From Candidatus Poribacteria bacterium (GTDB taxonomy: Bacteria > Poribacteria > WGA-4E > PCPOR2b), in NCBI GenBank assembly GCA_965218095.1, contig OZ244587.1, positions 3,712,001-3,776,000 on the forward strand: 64,000 nucleotides of DNA, given 5' to 3'. The position numbers were made by a program, and so were the translations under genes. The notes under the pieces are model-generated. The model was given only the letters and a program-made list of their open reading frames with translations. It searched no databases and was not told the DNA's origin. Below are positions 39,101-47,946 of the stretch, one piece after another (position 1 is the first letter of the stretch; each line of letters starts with the position of its first letter).

Positions 39101-39966
39101 CGCTGATTGACTGGTTTTTCAATCCCATCGACATTGTGGCATGCAATACATTTTGCAGTATTGACGAAGACATTTTTGCCGCGCTCGATATCGCCGGCAA
39201 GAACGGGTGGACGCGCCTCCATCTCCTTTGCAACACTTTGTATATCAATGAAAGGTTCAAACGGCGTCAGATCTACCTCTCCTCCCTGGCTCTGAAGGAA
39301 CGCGATGACAGCTTCAATCTCCAAATTCGATAAACTGATCGGGGGCTTCCAGGCCGGCATCATAGTTTTGCCATAACCAGGGACAAGGAATGCGTCCGGG
39401 GCATATAGGGACTCAATGAGATACGCTTTCGACCCCATGTCCGGTTTCGGCTTCGCCGAGAATCCCGCGAAGCGGGGCTTTCGTGTCGCGGCTCTCGCCC
39501 CGATATCCGTGAGATCAGGGCCTCTACTCTTCGGCGCCGAGGGATTCAGCGTGTGACAGGAGTAGCACGTCCCCTTTCCGTTAAAGATTGCTTTCCCTGC
39601 TTCGACAAATGCCTCTGGCTTACGTTCTATGCTTGAAAGATTGACTTGCGTTTCAGGTACGATGCTATCGGCGTCAGGAAACCCCACAACGTGGGATGTC
39701 GTCCACGGAATGCGCCGATCAATTCCGTAAGGTTTCTGGTTCTCCGTGTTTTTGCCGGAAGACGCTTCTCCATGGTTGTCCGACATCAGCATAACACCTA
39801 CCCCAAACGCCAAAAGCACACCGGCGACCGTACAGAAACGGGCAAGACGCAAAACATGCCTGGCAATTTGCCGTCCATCGCGGAGGCTGGCAGGTCGGAG
39901 AAGCATAAAACCGATGATAGGCATCGCAAAAACCTCGATAAAAGATTGACAAGCACAATTTATCAC
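36181..39966 (-). CDS. PQQ-dependent sugar dehydrogenase (GSDH) / multiheme cytochrome c fusion; start probably downstream of 39966
   Basis: Four CxxCH motifs (CYSCH, CIACH, CMVCH, CANCH); GSDH motifs HNGGDLAFGPDG, YGIRNPWR and SITGG; YSVNAPLWADG...IETRLL domain. Confidence 0.85.
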   Translation of the reverse strand: MINCACQSFIEVFAMPIIGFMLLRPASLRDGRQIARHVLRLARFCTVAGVLLAFGVGVMLMSDNHGEASSGKNTENQKPYGIDRRIPWTTSHVVGFPDADSIVPETQVNLSSIERKPEAFVEAGKAIFNGKGTCYSCHTLNPSAPKSRGPDLTDIGARAATRKPRFAGFSAKPKPDMGSKAYLIESLYAPDAFLVPGYGKTMMPAWKPPISLSNLEIEAVIAFLQSQGGEVDLTPFEPFIDIQSVAKEMEARPPVLAGDIERGKNVFVNTAKCIACHNVDGIEKPVNQRLDEGVEIVLGPDLTDIATLNSVRYIEESILKPNAGIVRGYGLATVRTGGAVIQGTLVSQVAPDEASRIQSNLNPDLIGDNEKIVLRIKGANGAETERAILLSELDPEPIEALVNLKEKGYFWIQVMPADSTTPISGDLIEATDKNITLKVGDGVQTVSKSNVKVQAIVTPYNDEPIVGELISENEAEITLKIDGSERTFDKYEDLAGDPEYSRALGKRLNVTSPMPTNYSQILSVAEYYDLLAFLSTLTGKTAETGPPLSLHPKQTFTKLKLDQPVYIEREPGTDQLLVIELGGKIRRFTDDPEVDEAELLFDTGRETYGLTFHPDYEKNGDLYVVSNGPKGGKVTETKNRISRCSVERQPPYHCDKHSEPIIMEWQSNNHNGGDLAFGPDGFLYIAAGDGAMDSDTNLTGQPGSYDREPKGQDISNVLATIMRIDVDHPEAGRAYSVPADNPFIGFEGARPEIWAYGIRNPWRMTFDQETGHLWVGNVGQDQWEMIHLVRRGDNYGWSLYEGSHPFFLNRKPGPTPIVKPTVEHPHSESRSITGGVVYYGSKFPELRGAYIYGDYATGKIWALRHNGERIIWHREIADTTLQIVSFGIDHNDEILIADLASGIFQLEHKPKDELTAKFPTRLSGTGLFASVKDHQTVPGLIPYSVNAPLWADGAHMERFIGLPGDSQIDFTTSHGWTFPDGTVLVQTFALDLEAGNPAPIASRRSVEDSEQSRFKATSRHRIETRLLTRQQNEWVGYSYVWNDEQTDATLVAADGMDRILTIQDSKSPEGSREQIWRYPSRVECMVCHSRAANYVLGLNTMQMNKTHDYGGVSDNQLRTLDHLGIFTKPLPKRPEEYPKLVNPYNPQESLDARARSYLHAACANCHVHTGGGNAHIVLEFTAERDKTYTFGVRPQHDTFGISNAMLIAPGSPDRSIIYHRVLRRGAGQMPPLATSVVDRQAIQLLRDWISQMEPTTEKLAR
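36922..36975 (-). repeat. Palindromic repeat inserted in frame in the CDS (18 codons)
   Basis: GCCCCGATTGCATCCCGACGAAGCGTCGAGGATTCAGAGCAATCTCGATTCAAA, the same element as 38866-38922 and 53462-53521 but read in a different frame. Confidence 0.8.
38866..38922 (-). repeat. Palindromic repeat inserted in frame in the CDS (19 codons)
   Basis: GTTGCTCCCGATGAAGCATCGAGGATTCAGAGCAATTTGAATCCCGATCTTATCGGG encodes VAPDEASRIQSNLNPDLIG. Confidence 0.85.
39441..39473 (-). repeat. Double-hairpin insert in frame in the CDS (~11 codons)
   Basis: CCCGC-TTC-GCGGG followed by TCGGC-GAA-GCCGA, between duplicated Lys-Pro codons. Confidence 0.6.
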
Positions 39967-40117
39967 ATTTCATCATTTCCGTCAAGCAAAAATTCTCCCT
40001 TTTCTTTTAACTTGACGCTGCAACTTAAAGTGTGATAAACTCCCCTAACAAGACGCACATGCAGCCATTTGTGTGTGGATGCTCACTTTTAAATCTGATA
40101 TTCAGAAGGGAGATAAG

Positions 40118-40771
40118 ATGATGACTAAGGTAACCCTGACGGCAATTGCGCTTTTACTGACCGTAGCCGGTGCATTGGCTACGCAACCCGAAACCGTGCA
40201 GGGCGAGTATTTGGAAGCCCGATCTGTCAGTGTCTATGTCGGGGCATGCCACTACGGGGCTGAGTACGTCGAAGGCGGCAGGGAGGCAACCCTCGTTTGG
40301 AATATCCGCCAAGGGACCTGGAAAGGTATCTCACTGAAGGGATTGACCGTTGTTGCAGTGGTCACAGCACAGAACAATCTTGCGATTGATACCAACACAC
40401 GTCGCAGCGTCCTATATGTCGATGAAAAGGCGACATCGGAACAGCGTACCGCCTTAGTAGATCTGATGACCGAGAAACGCAGTGAACTCCTCGGCGAGGT
40501 CGTTAGCACGGAGAGCGCGCCAATCACTTTCACTAAGGAAGGTGTGAAATATGATCTGCGGGTTGGGAAGGTGCTAACACTATCCGTTTCGCGCTACCCT
40601 TGCCAAAACTGTACCCAGCCGCACCAGATCTGGTACAAGCCGCTGGAACAACTTGATACCCCTATCGTCGGTAAATCAACCTCCTATTGCTATCAAGACA
40701 AAATTCTCTCCGTCACTTGGAATTGTGGTGAGGACACGAACAACGTTTTCGTTGGAGATTTTGCAATGTAG
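40118..40771 (+). CDS. Secreted DUF1326-like protein
   Basis: Signal peptide; GEYLEARS.SVYVGACH, W.I..G.W.GISL.GL and YVDEKATSEQR. Confidence 0.7.
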   Translation: MMTKVTLTAIALLLTVAGALATQPETVQGEYLEARSVSVYVGACHYGAEYVEGGREATLVWNIRQGTWKGISLKGLTVVAVVTAQNNLAIDTNTRRSVLYVDEKATSEQRTALVDLMTEKRSELLGEVVSTESAPITFTKEGVKYDLRVGKVLTLSVSRYPCQNCTQPHQIWYKPLEQLDTPIVGKSTSYCYQDKILSVTWNCGEDTNNVFVGDFAM

Positions 40772-40791
40772 AAATTAGGAGGTAGGAGAGG

Positions 40792-40881
40792 CTCATGTCG
40801 AAAGAATCAGTGCAGAGTAGCTCAGAGAAACCGAGTTTTTGGCAAAAACTCGGTTTCTTTGTACTATTTCTTAACATGAGC
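40792..40881. mobile_element. MITE-like element (GCTCATGT ends) with AGAAACCGAGTTTTT palindrome
   Basis: GCTCATGT...ACATGAGC enclosing AGAAACCGAGTTTTT-GGC-AAAAACTCGGTTTCT (40826-40858). Confidence 0.6.
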
Positions 40882-41172
40882 AATAGGAGATAAGATAGAT
40901 GGCGATAAAGGCGATAAAGGTATCACTAATCAATATGAAAGGCGGAGTTGGGAAAACAACGCTTGCCGTGAATCTTGCTTGGCAATTCGCTGCTGATGCT
41001 GATATGAACGGATGGGGAAAAAGGGTCTTGCTGGTTGACCTTGACCCCCAGTTTAATGCAAGCCAATATGTGCTTGGTGGCCGCCGGTATAAGGAAAGTA
41101 TCCATGAAGCAAAAGCACCGACAGTTCAGCACATATTTGAGGCACGCGAAACTCCATTAGATCATAACTTAG

Positions 41173-42285
41173 TTGAGGGGTGTGCATAAATATAGTTGAC
41201 ATAATCAAGCCAAAAGGGTTTCCTATTGTTATCATAGCAAAAGGAGCCCCAATATGGTACAAAGACCAATGTTGGCTGATTATGTCACTCTTATTATGCA
41301 ACTCTTTGAGCAGTTTATGCAACACCGTATTGACAAACCAGGTGTCACACACGCAAAACCATTGACATATTCAACCACCTCGTTTATCATTTTCTTCATG
41401 TTGATGCAGTTTCACGGCATCTATGGCTTCAAAACGCAATGGCGGTGGCTAATCAATCACCCAGAAGTGTTACAAATGCTGGGGTGGCAACAGCCCCCTC
41501 ATCGAACCACGATTGCACGTCGCTATAAGGCATTATATGAAGTGATAGAGGCATTTGTATTGTTTATCGGTCAGTATGCCACTGACTTGTCCCAACAATT
41601 CAACTTGGCTCATCTGGTAGCCGACAAAAGTTTATTTAAGGCACGAGGACCCGTCTGGCATCAAACTGACCGCAAAGCAGGAAAAGCACCTAAACATCTA
41701 CGCAACCTCGACACCGATGCCACGTGGAGCAAGAGTGGTTATCATGGCTGGGTCTATGGCTACGGACTTCACATTATCTGCACACAAGGTGCGTTCCCAA
41801 CACTGATAACTGTGCACCGTGCGTCGGTCTCCGAAAGTTGGGCGATAGATGCTAAAGCGTCTGAGATTCTGACACAACTTTCACCGCAGACACTCACTGC
41901 CGATGATGCCTATACCCAAGCAGACCGTATCCGTCGTTGGGCGAAGGCACAAGTCGCTTTGATTACCCCGGCACTTAGATGGACAAAGGGACGGTTTGCC
42001 AAGGCGTATCATCGATTTATCAACCAACCCAAGCAGCGTCTCTGTTTAAGCAAACGTCGCAGTTCGGTTGAACCGTTGTTTGACTTGATTGCTAAAGTGA
42101 TAGGCACCACTCCTCAACAGAAGCAGTTACCGGTCAAGGGGTTTTTCAATGTACGCTGTTGTTTAGCTATCGGGGTGTTATCAGTGCAAGTGGCTATGAT
42201 TGCCAATGCCATATGGAAGTTACCTGCTCGCAATATCTCTCATATGGCGGCTGTTTTCCAATGAACTACTATGCACACCCCTCTA
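41173..42285 (+). mobile_element. Insertion sequence with intact DDE transposase (DDE_Tnp_1, IS4/IS5-like)
   Basis: TIR core GAGGGGTGTGCATA / TATGCACACCCCTC with TTAG(TT) target duplication. Confidence 0.9.
41254..42264 (+). CDS. DDE transposase
   Basis: 336-aa ORF inside the TIRs with ADKS, DATWSKSGYHGWVYGYGLH, ADDAY and RRSSVEPLF. Confidence 0.85.
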   Translation: MVQRPMLADYVTLIMQLFEQFMQHRIDKPGVTHAKPLTYSTTSFIIFFMLMQFHGIYGFKTQWRWLINHPEVLQMLGWQQPPHRTTIARRYKALYEVIEAFVLFIGQYATDLSQQFNLAHLVADKSLFKARGPVWHQTDRKAGKAPKHLRNLDTDATWSKSGYHGWVYGYGLHIICTQGAFPTLITVHRASVSESWAIDAKASEILTQLSPQTLTADDAYTQADRIRRWAKAQVALITPALRWTKGRFAKAYHRFINQPKQRLCLSKRRSSVEPLFDLIAKVIGTTPQQKQLPVKGFFNVRCCLAIGVLSVQVAMIANAIWKLPARNISHMAAVFQ

Positions 42286-42884
42286 TTAGTTATTCGTAAT
42301 GTGCCTATACACCTGTACGATAACTATGGTTACCTATATTCTGTATCAACTTCACGACTGGATTTGATCCCTTCACATTTGGAATTAGCCTATGTCTTAC
42401 GCCAGCCAGAACAAAAGGAACATCTATTGGCGGAGTTTATCTCTGAAGTCGAAAACAGATACCACCTGATATTCTTTGATTGTCCGCCAACTGAGTCGCT
42501 GTTTACTACCGCAGCGTATCTGGCGAGTGATTATCTGCTGGTGCCGGTCAAGCCTGAATTTCTGTCTACAGTTGGACTTCCATTGTTAGCTCGATCAATG
42601 AAAGACTTCAATGACAAATTCCCAGACAGAAAACTCCAGCTTGCAGGGATTGTTTTTAATACAGCCACAGAATATATTCCAGAAGAGATGCAAGCTAAAC
42701 AATGGGTGCGCCAACTGGCAGACAAGCATAACTGGCACGTATTTGAGAACGAAATAAGCTACTCACGTTCATACGCCAAGGGGGCACGCGAAGGCCAACC
42801 AATCTCCCGTACCTCCTATGCCAAGGGGTACCGGGTCGATGAGTTCCGTGCCTTCGCTCATGAATTCCAAGTTAGAATCGGCTT

Positions 42885-43412
42885 ATGATTACACGACAAC
42901 AGAAAGAACTATTGATAGACTTGGCTAAGTTATTCGACAAGTACGGCACAAAGCCGTTTGAGGAGCTTGCTGATCTGCTTTCCTCCCCTGAAACCATTCA
43001 ATTATGGGTGGATTTTCTAAGAGAGAGTTCGATCGCAGCTCAGGAAGCTGGATTTGAGCAGGGCGGTAAGCGGAAAGGGCGACCGCGCCGTGCCGTAAAG
43101 TTGGAATTGGAACGTATTAAGTCCGATGATCCAGAGAAACATAAAGCACTAACCCTGTTCCGTGATGTACTCTTGTCCAAAACCGTTCTGCCAAACCTGA
43201 GAGATATTCGTAACTTCGCGCAGGATCGCGGCTTGCCTGTGATAACAGCCAAGAGTCGCGAACAAGCAATATTCCCGCTCCTCCAATCAATGATTCCGTT
43301 GGATGCCGACGCAATCAATGAGATTACTGAGTCATTGCCGCACTCACACACGGAATCTTTTAACGACCTTGAGGGGTGGGCCAATATCATAATGGACAAG
43401 AAACGCGGGTGA
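42885..43412 (+). CDS. Hypothetical protein translationally coupled to ParA
   Basis: ATGA overlap with the ParA stop; 175-aa helical protein with a basic linker and C-terminal LEGWANIIM. Confidence 0.8.
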   Translation: MITRQQKELLIDLAKLFDKYGTKPFEELADLLSSPETIQLWVDFLRESSIAAQEAGFEQGGKRKGRPRRAVKLELERIKSDDPEKHKALTLFRDVLLSKTVLPNLRDIRNFAQDRGLPVITAKSREQAIFPLLQSMIPLDADAINEITESLPHSHTESFNDLEGWANIIMDKKRG

Positions 43413-43581
43413 TTGAAATTTTGCGATATAGACCACTCAGATAGGAGGGGCATCCCCCATCCTTCCTCTCTTTTTTCTTGCCCAACCAACTCCTATTCTC
43501 AATCCAAATTCCAAGAACAGTGGATCTACTGTTCTTTTTTCCTTACATAACCGTTGCTTTAACAACTCAGAGGAGATATCA

Positions 43582-44262
43582 ATGCTAGACAATAACGTAT
43601 TTTTAGGTGAACTCACACGGAAAGAACTAGGGGAAGCCATCTCCAGCGGCACTGTGAAAGGGGCGATTGTCCCAACAGGTGCCTGTGAACAGCATCAAGA
43701 CCATCTGGCGATGATTCACGATACCGCTAGTGTCACAGAAATTGCCAAACGCGCTGCGACGAACTTTTATCCCCATGTGCTAGTCACACCCACCGTCTCT
43801 ATGTCGGTGTCGGAACACCACATGGATCGCGGCGGCGCGTTGACGATACGTCCGGAGATCCATCTTGAATATGTCCACGATGTATGTCATAGCCTGAAAC
43901 GGTTGGGCGTCCCAAAAGTCATGGTGCTCAACGGACACGGCGGCAACAAGCGACAGAATCTTGAGCCCGTCGCTCCCGACCAGATGAAGAGGCTCGATGA
44001 CATGGATGTCACGTATGTGACCTATTGGGAGACTGCCCCGCAATCCTTTTATGAGGCGAATCTGGAGTTGGAGCGGAGCGCAGGCCACGCAGGCGAGTTT
44101 GAGACCTCATTTGCGATGGTCGTTTTTCCGGAGCGCATCCGGACGGAGGAGGTCAATTATGACAACGCAAAATTGGCAAGCATCCCCAAGGGCGGACATA
44201 TTCTCAACGCTGTCGTCGAAGGTGTCACGGAGGAAGTTCGGCGGATGCTGGATGAAACGTAA
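43582..44262 (+). CDS. Creatininase/creatinine amidohydrolase family
   Basis: PTGACEQH.DHL...D, SEHH, LNGHGGN and GHAGEFETS. Confidence 0.92.
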   Translation: MLDNNVFLGELTRKELGEAISSGTVKGAIVPTGACEQHQDHLAMIHDTASVTEIAKRAATNFYPHVLVTPTVSMSVSEHHMDRGGALTIRPEIHLEYVHDVCHSLKRLGVPKVMVLNGHGGNKRQNLEPVAPDQMKRLDDMDVTYVTYWETAPQSFYEANLELERSAGHAGEFETSFAMVVFPERIRTEEVNYDNAKLASIPKGGHILNAVVEGVTEEVRRMLDET

Positions 44263-44271
44263 GAGCCAGTA

Positions 44272-44304
44272 AGAAACCGAATGTTTCAGAAAAACTCGAT
44301 TTCT
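44272..44304. repeat. Degenerate copy of the AGAAACCGAGTTTTT palindrome
   Basis: AGAAACCGAATGTTTCAGAAAAACTCGATTTCT. Confidence 0.65.
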
Positions 44305-44353
44305 GGGCATGTCCCACGGACGTGGCTTCCGTGGGCAAAGGAGGAGATTTGCA

Positions 44354-45226
44354 GTGGCTACATACAGTTTAGCTTCTGGGCTTTTCGTTTTTGACAAAGA
44401 GAACCAGGTAACAGGCACCCCGGTAGCGGTGCTGGAGTCAATCGCTGCCGCCGGTTTCCGCGAAACCGAGTTGATGGCTGAAGGAGACGAGTGGCAGACA
44501 CCCGGTTCTCACAACGCCAGGCAGTGCCGCGAGGCGCTAGAGCGGCTTGAGATTTTTCCACACACGATACACACACCAATGTCCGGCGTGAACTTAGCGA
44601 GTTCGGATGAGGGGGTGCGAATTGACAGCGTTGCGCGTATTGCGGACGCGATGCAGTTTCTGGCAGAATTGGGCGGGCGGACAGCTATCGTGCATCCGAC
44701 GGGAAGGGCAGTCTCCGGAGAGCCGCCCTACGCGCTGGAAAACATCGGGGCTGCGATGGAGCATACGCATCGCTCTGTGACGGAGTTAGTCAAAGTGGCG
44801 GAGGAGACCGGTGTCCGCATTGCGCTGGAGAATCTACCGAACACAGGTCTGGCTTGTCGTCCACTCATGTCGATGCAAGAGTTGCGAGCGTTTATCACTG
44901 ATTTCCCGTCTCAACATGTGGGGCTTTGCCTCGACACAGGACACGCCTGCATCAGCGGACTGGATCCAGCGGAACAGGCGCGGATCGCTTCGGAAAGGCT
45001 TTATGCCCTGCACATACAAGACGTTGATGGACAGAACGACTGTCACTGGGTTCCGGGACATGGCGTTATTGACTGGTCTGCTGTGGGAGCGGCGCTTTTG
45101 GACATCGGCTTCGATGGCGCATGGACAATAGAGGCGCTATCTGGACGTACAAATGCTACGGCGGAACAGGTTGCTGCTGAGTGCGCAGCTTTATGCGAAC
45201 GTTGGGAAGTAAGCGGGATGTCTTAG
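44354..45226 (+). CDS. Sugar phosphate isomerase/epimerase TIM barrel
   Basis: IALENL, CLDTGH, LHIQD, HWVPGHGVIDW and WTIE. GTG start follows AGGAGG. Confidence 0.88.
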   Translation: MATYSLASGLFVFDKENQVTGTPVAVLESIAAAGFRETELMAEGDEWQTPGSHNARQCREALERLEIFPHTIHTPMSGVNLASSDEGVRIDSVARIADAMQFLAELGGRTAIVHPTGRAVSGEPPYALENIGAAMEHTHRSVTELVKVAEETGVRIALENLPNTGLACRPLMSMQELRAFITDFPSQHVGLCLDTGHACISGLDPAEQARIASERLYALHIQDVDGQNDCHWVPGHGVIDWSAVGAALLDIGFDGAWTIEALSGRTNATAEQVAAECAALCERWEVSGMS

Positions 45227-45251
45227 TTGTGATACCCATAAGGAATTACGC

Positions 45252-45964
45252 ATGATCTCGATCGCGGCGACGACACCGTTTACCGCACCACCCACCTGGG
45301 CCATACTCGAGCAGCAGTTGTTTGACATCATGGACCAATCGGTGCACCCGTTCCTGGAGAAGTATACTCATCCGGACAGGAGCCTGATCGGTGGCGAGCA
45401 TATCGGCGGCAGCGAGGACGACTTCTACGAGAGCTTCTACAATTGGCCCCTGCTCTATCTTCTGGGCGGTGGAGATGGTTTGTCAGATCTGGGATCTGGG
45501 AGCGCGGCAATGGAACGCCATCACCCACCAATTGACCAAAATGGGGCTGGTCCACAAGGAATACGCACGGCGCGGTGATCAGTTCCATCAGGCTGAGAGC
45601 GACATCCCGAAAGCGCCCCAGTCTGCCCAGAGATGTCGCCGCGCTAGTCGGAACACTTGAAGCAGACCGCACGGTGCTACAGTTGATAAACCTGAGTCCC
45701 TTTGACACCAAGAAAGTCATTGTGCAGGCAGGTGCATTCGGTGAACATCGATTTACAAAGGGGCGGTATTCTCATCGCACGAGTGAGTACCCCGGACAAA
45801 TCGAGGCCTATGCCGCACCACCTGTGGAACAGGAGACTCGAACTGTCTCTGTACAAAATGCGCACCTGCAGATCGTTTTGCCGCCTGCGACCGAAATTAC
45901 ACTTGACTTGGGAACAACTCGATTCGTTAATCGTCTGTCCGCTGCCCTTCCTTGGGCAACCTGA
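45252..45964 (+). pseudogene. Internally deleted, frameshifted conserved hypothetical protein
   Basis: N-terminal PPTWAILEQQLF...DDFYESFYNWPLLYLLGG is joined, across frameshifts, directly to C-terminal RPSLPRDVAALV...VIVQAGAFGEHRF. Confidence 0.6.
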
Positions 45965-45980
45965 TGCGAGGAAGAAAAAA

Positions 45981-46868
45981 ATGCAAAAGAACAGACGTAT
46001 CTTTGAAATCCGTGGCCCGGTTTCGCCGGATCGCAACTACGTTGTCCCGCGCACGGCGGCAATCGCCGATCTTGTCAACCGATTGGCGCAGGTTTTGATG
46101 GAAGATATGGACATTTCGCTTGATGAAACGATACGACCAATATCTGTCGGGACAAACGATTTGAGACTATCTTGATGGGGACCTGCTCGTATAAGAGAGG
46201 GGTTGCCTTCAACGTTCGCAACGAGTTCATCAGCGAATTGGCGACCTACGGCGTCGTGAAGGAGGGGGCTGACGGTATGTGCAAAATTGCCAACCCAATT
46301 TACCAATACTGCATCATGCAGGCGTTCTAGCCGCTTTTTAATGGACTGGAGCGGGACTACCTTCCCGAAGATACCGATGGAAGTTTTTTCGATTACTTGA
46401 CACCCGACGGGAAGATTGACATGTAGGCGCTCATAGCCAACTTCCGCGATTTCATCGCTCATGCGGGGTATCGTATCCTCGAAGTGCCAGAAACACCCCA
46501 AGAGTTTGTTGGGCAGTATCTTCTGTTTGCCTATCTTGATTAGTTCGTCCGTCAAGTGCGCGGATTCATGTGCTTCGAAGCCCGCACGGGGCGTGGGCGA
46601 ATAGACCTAATCATCCTCTACGGAGGGGAAGTACATCGTCGAAACCAAGATCTAGGAAGGGAAAAGCCCCTATGGCGCGGGCAAACGTCAATTGGCGGAA
46701 TATCTCAAACTGGAAGGCGTAACTGAGGGGTACTATATCGTGTTTGATCACCGTTCAAAGCCCCAAGTGCAGGCAGAGGAGGAGAAAGTCGAAAGAAGGT
46801 CCATTGTGAGCTACACCATCCCTGTCGTGCAAAAAAGACTGTCTCATGTGACAAAGTTAGAGGGTTGA
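45981..46868 (+). pseudogene. AAA-like ATPase / PD-(D/E)XK-type protein remnant
   Basis: Starts RIFEIRGPVSPDRNYVVPR. Later fragments ANPIYQ, PQEFVGQYLLFAYLD, GRGRIDLII and AGKRQLAEYLKLEG..GYYIVFDHR contain multiple stops. Confidence 0.7.
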
Positions 46869-46966
46869 TGAAGTATGTGAAGAATGAAAACTTGGCCTGT
46901 GGAAAAACGAAGTCTTAACCTGCCTGAAAGCCTTAATTTCGTATTAGAAATAGAGACTTAATAGAT

Positions 46967-47860
46967 ATGTTGACGCCATCGCAAATTGACGAATTTCATC
47001 GCAACGGTTTCCTCAACGGCGGTCGCATCCTCAACGATGACGAATTAGACGACCTGCGGGCAGATCTAGATCGCGTCATGGAGAAGGGCCCGGACGGCTT
47101 TACCGCAGACGAACCGCGTCCAGTGCGATTTAGCAACATGTCCGCTAGGCGCGAACAGGACAGTGAACGCGCTGTCTGGCAGATCGTCAATATCTGGGAG
47201 GCGGCGCCGGCTTTTGGGTGGCTGATCTACCACCCGTTCATCGTTAAGGCGATCAGCCAGTTGACGGACGCGCCTGATTTAATGGTTTGGCACGACCAGA
47301 TTCAGTACAAACCTGCCCACCATGGTGGGGCAACCCGGTGGCACCAGGATGCGCCGCTGTGGCCGATTATCCTTCCAATGACACCGGTGTCTGCCTGGAT
47401 TCCGCTCGACGACGCCGACGAGGAAAACGGCTGCATGTGGATGGTGCCTGGAAGCTACAAATGGGGAAACCAGATCGATTTTCTCCGCACCCAGAATCAT
47501 CTCGCTCAGCGCGAAGAATTCATGAACATTCAAGGCTTCACCCCGCCAGCCGATGCGGAAGTCAGCATTGTGGCGCCGCAGCCATGGCCGATCAAGAAAG
47601 GCGAGGTGTCGTTCCACCATTCGCTGGCCTGGCACGGTTCGCCCTTCAATCGCTCAGATCGTCCACGGCGAGCGATTGCCGTCCACTACATGACCGGGGA
47701 GTCGCGTTTTGTCGCTAGCGGCGAGCATGTGATGAAGCAGTTTGTGGACTTGGACGACGGGGCGCCCATGGCCGAAGCAGGTGACCATTTCCCGACAGTC
47801 TGCCGGAACGGCGAACCGGTCGGTGTTCCGGTGGGGTTGCAAACTTCAAAGACAAATTAG
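46967..47860 (+). CDS. Phytanoyl-CoA dioxygenase (PhyH) family Fe/2OG oxygenase
   Basis: WHQD facial-triad motif, WIPLDDA..ENGC...PGS and HGS..N.S..PRRA. Confidence 0.92.
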   Translation: MLTPSQIDEFHRNGFLNGGRILNDDELDDLRADLDRVMEKGPDGFTADEPRPVRFSNMSARREQDSERAVWQIVNIWEAAPAFGWLIYHPFIVKAISQLTDAPDLMVWHDQIQYKPAHHGGATRWHQDAPLWPIILPMTPVSAWIPLDDADEENGCMWMVPGSYKWGNQIDFLRTQNHLAQREEFMNIQGFTPPADAEVSIVAPQPWPIKKGEVSFHHSLAWHGSPFNRSDRPRRAIAVHYMTGESRFVASGEHVMKQFVDLDDGAPMAEAGDHFPTVCRNGEPVGVPVGLQTSKTN

Positions 47861-47946
47861 GCGTCTTTTGGAGGAAAATTCGATTCAAGAGTACCCACGA
47901 AATTATTGGGGCGTAATTCAACACCACTTTCAATTTGGAAAAATCT

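Larger units (their letters stand above)
40899..42888 (+). pseudogene. ParA/Soj-family ATPase interrupted by an IS
   Basis: [10 protein letters not shown] and [10 protein letters not shown] in the 5' part; DCPP and YLLVPVKP in the 3' part. Removing the IS and one target copy gives in-frame ...DHNLVIRNV... Confidence 0.9.

Noticed and set aside
40899-43412. Plasmid or prophage partition locus
   Set aside because: There are no rep, parB, integrase or phage genes, and the flanks are ordinary chromosomal genes.
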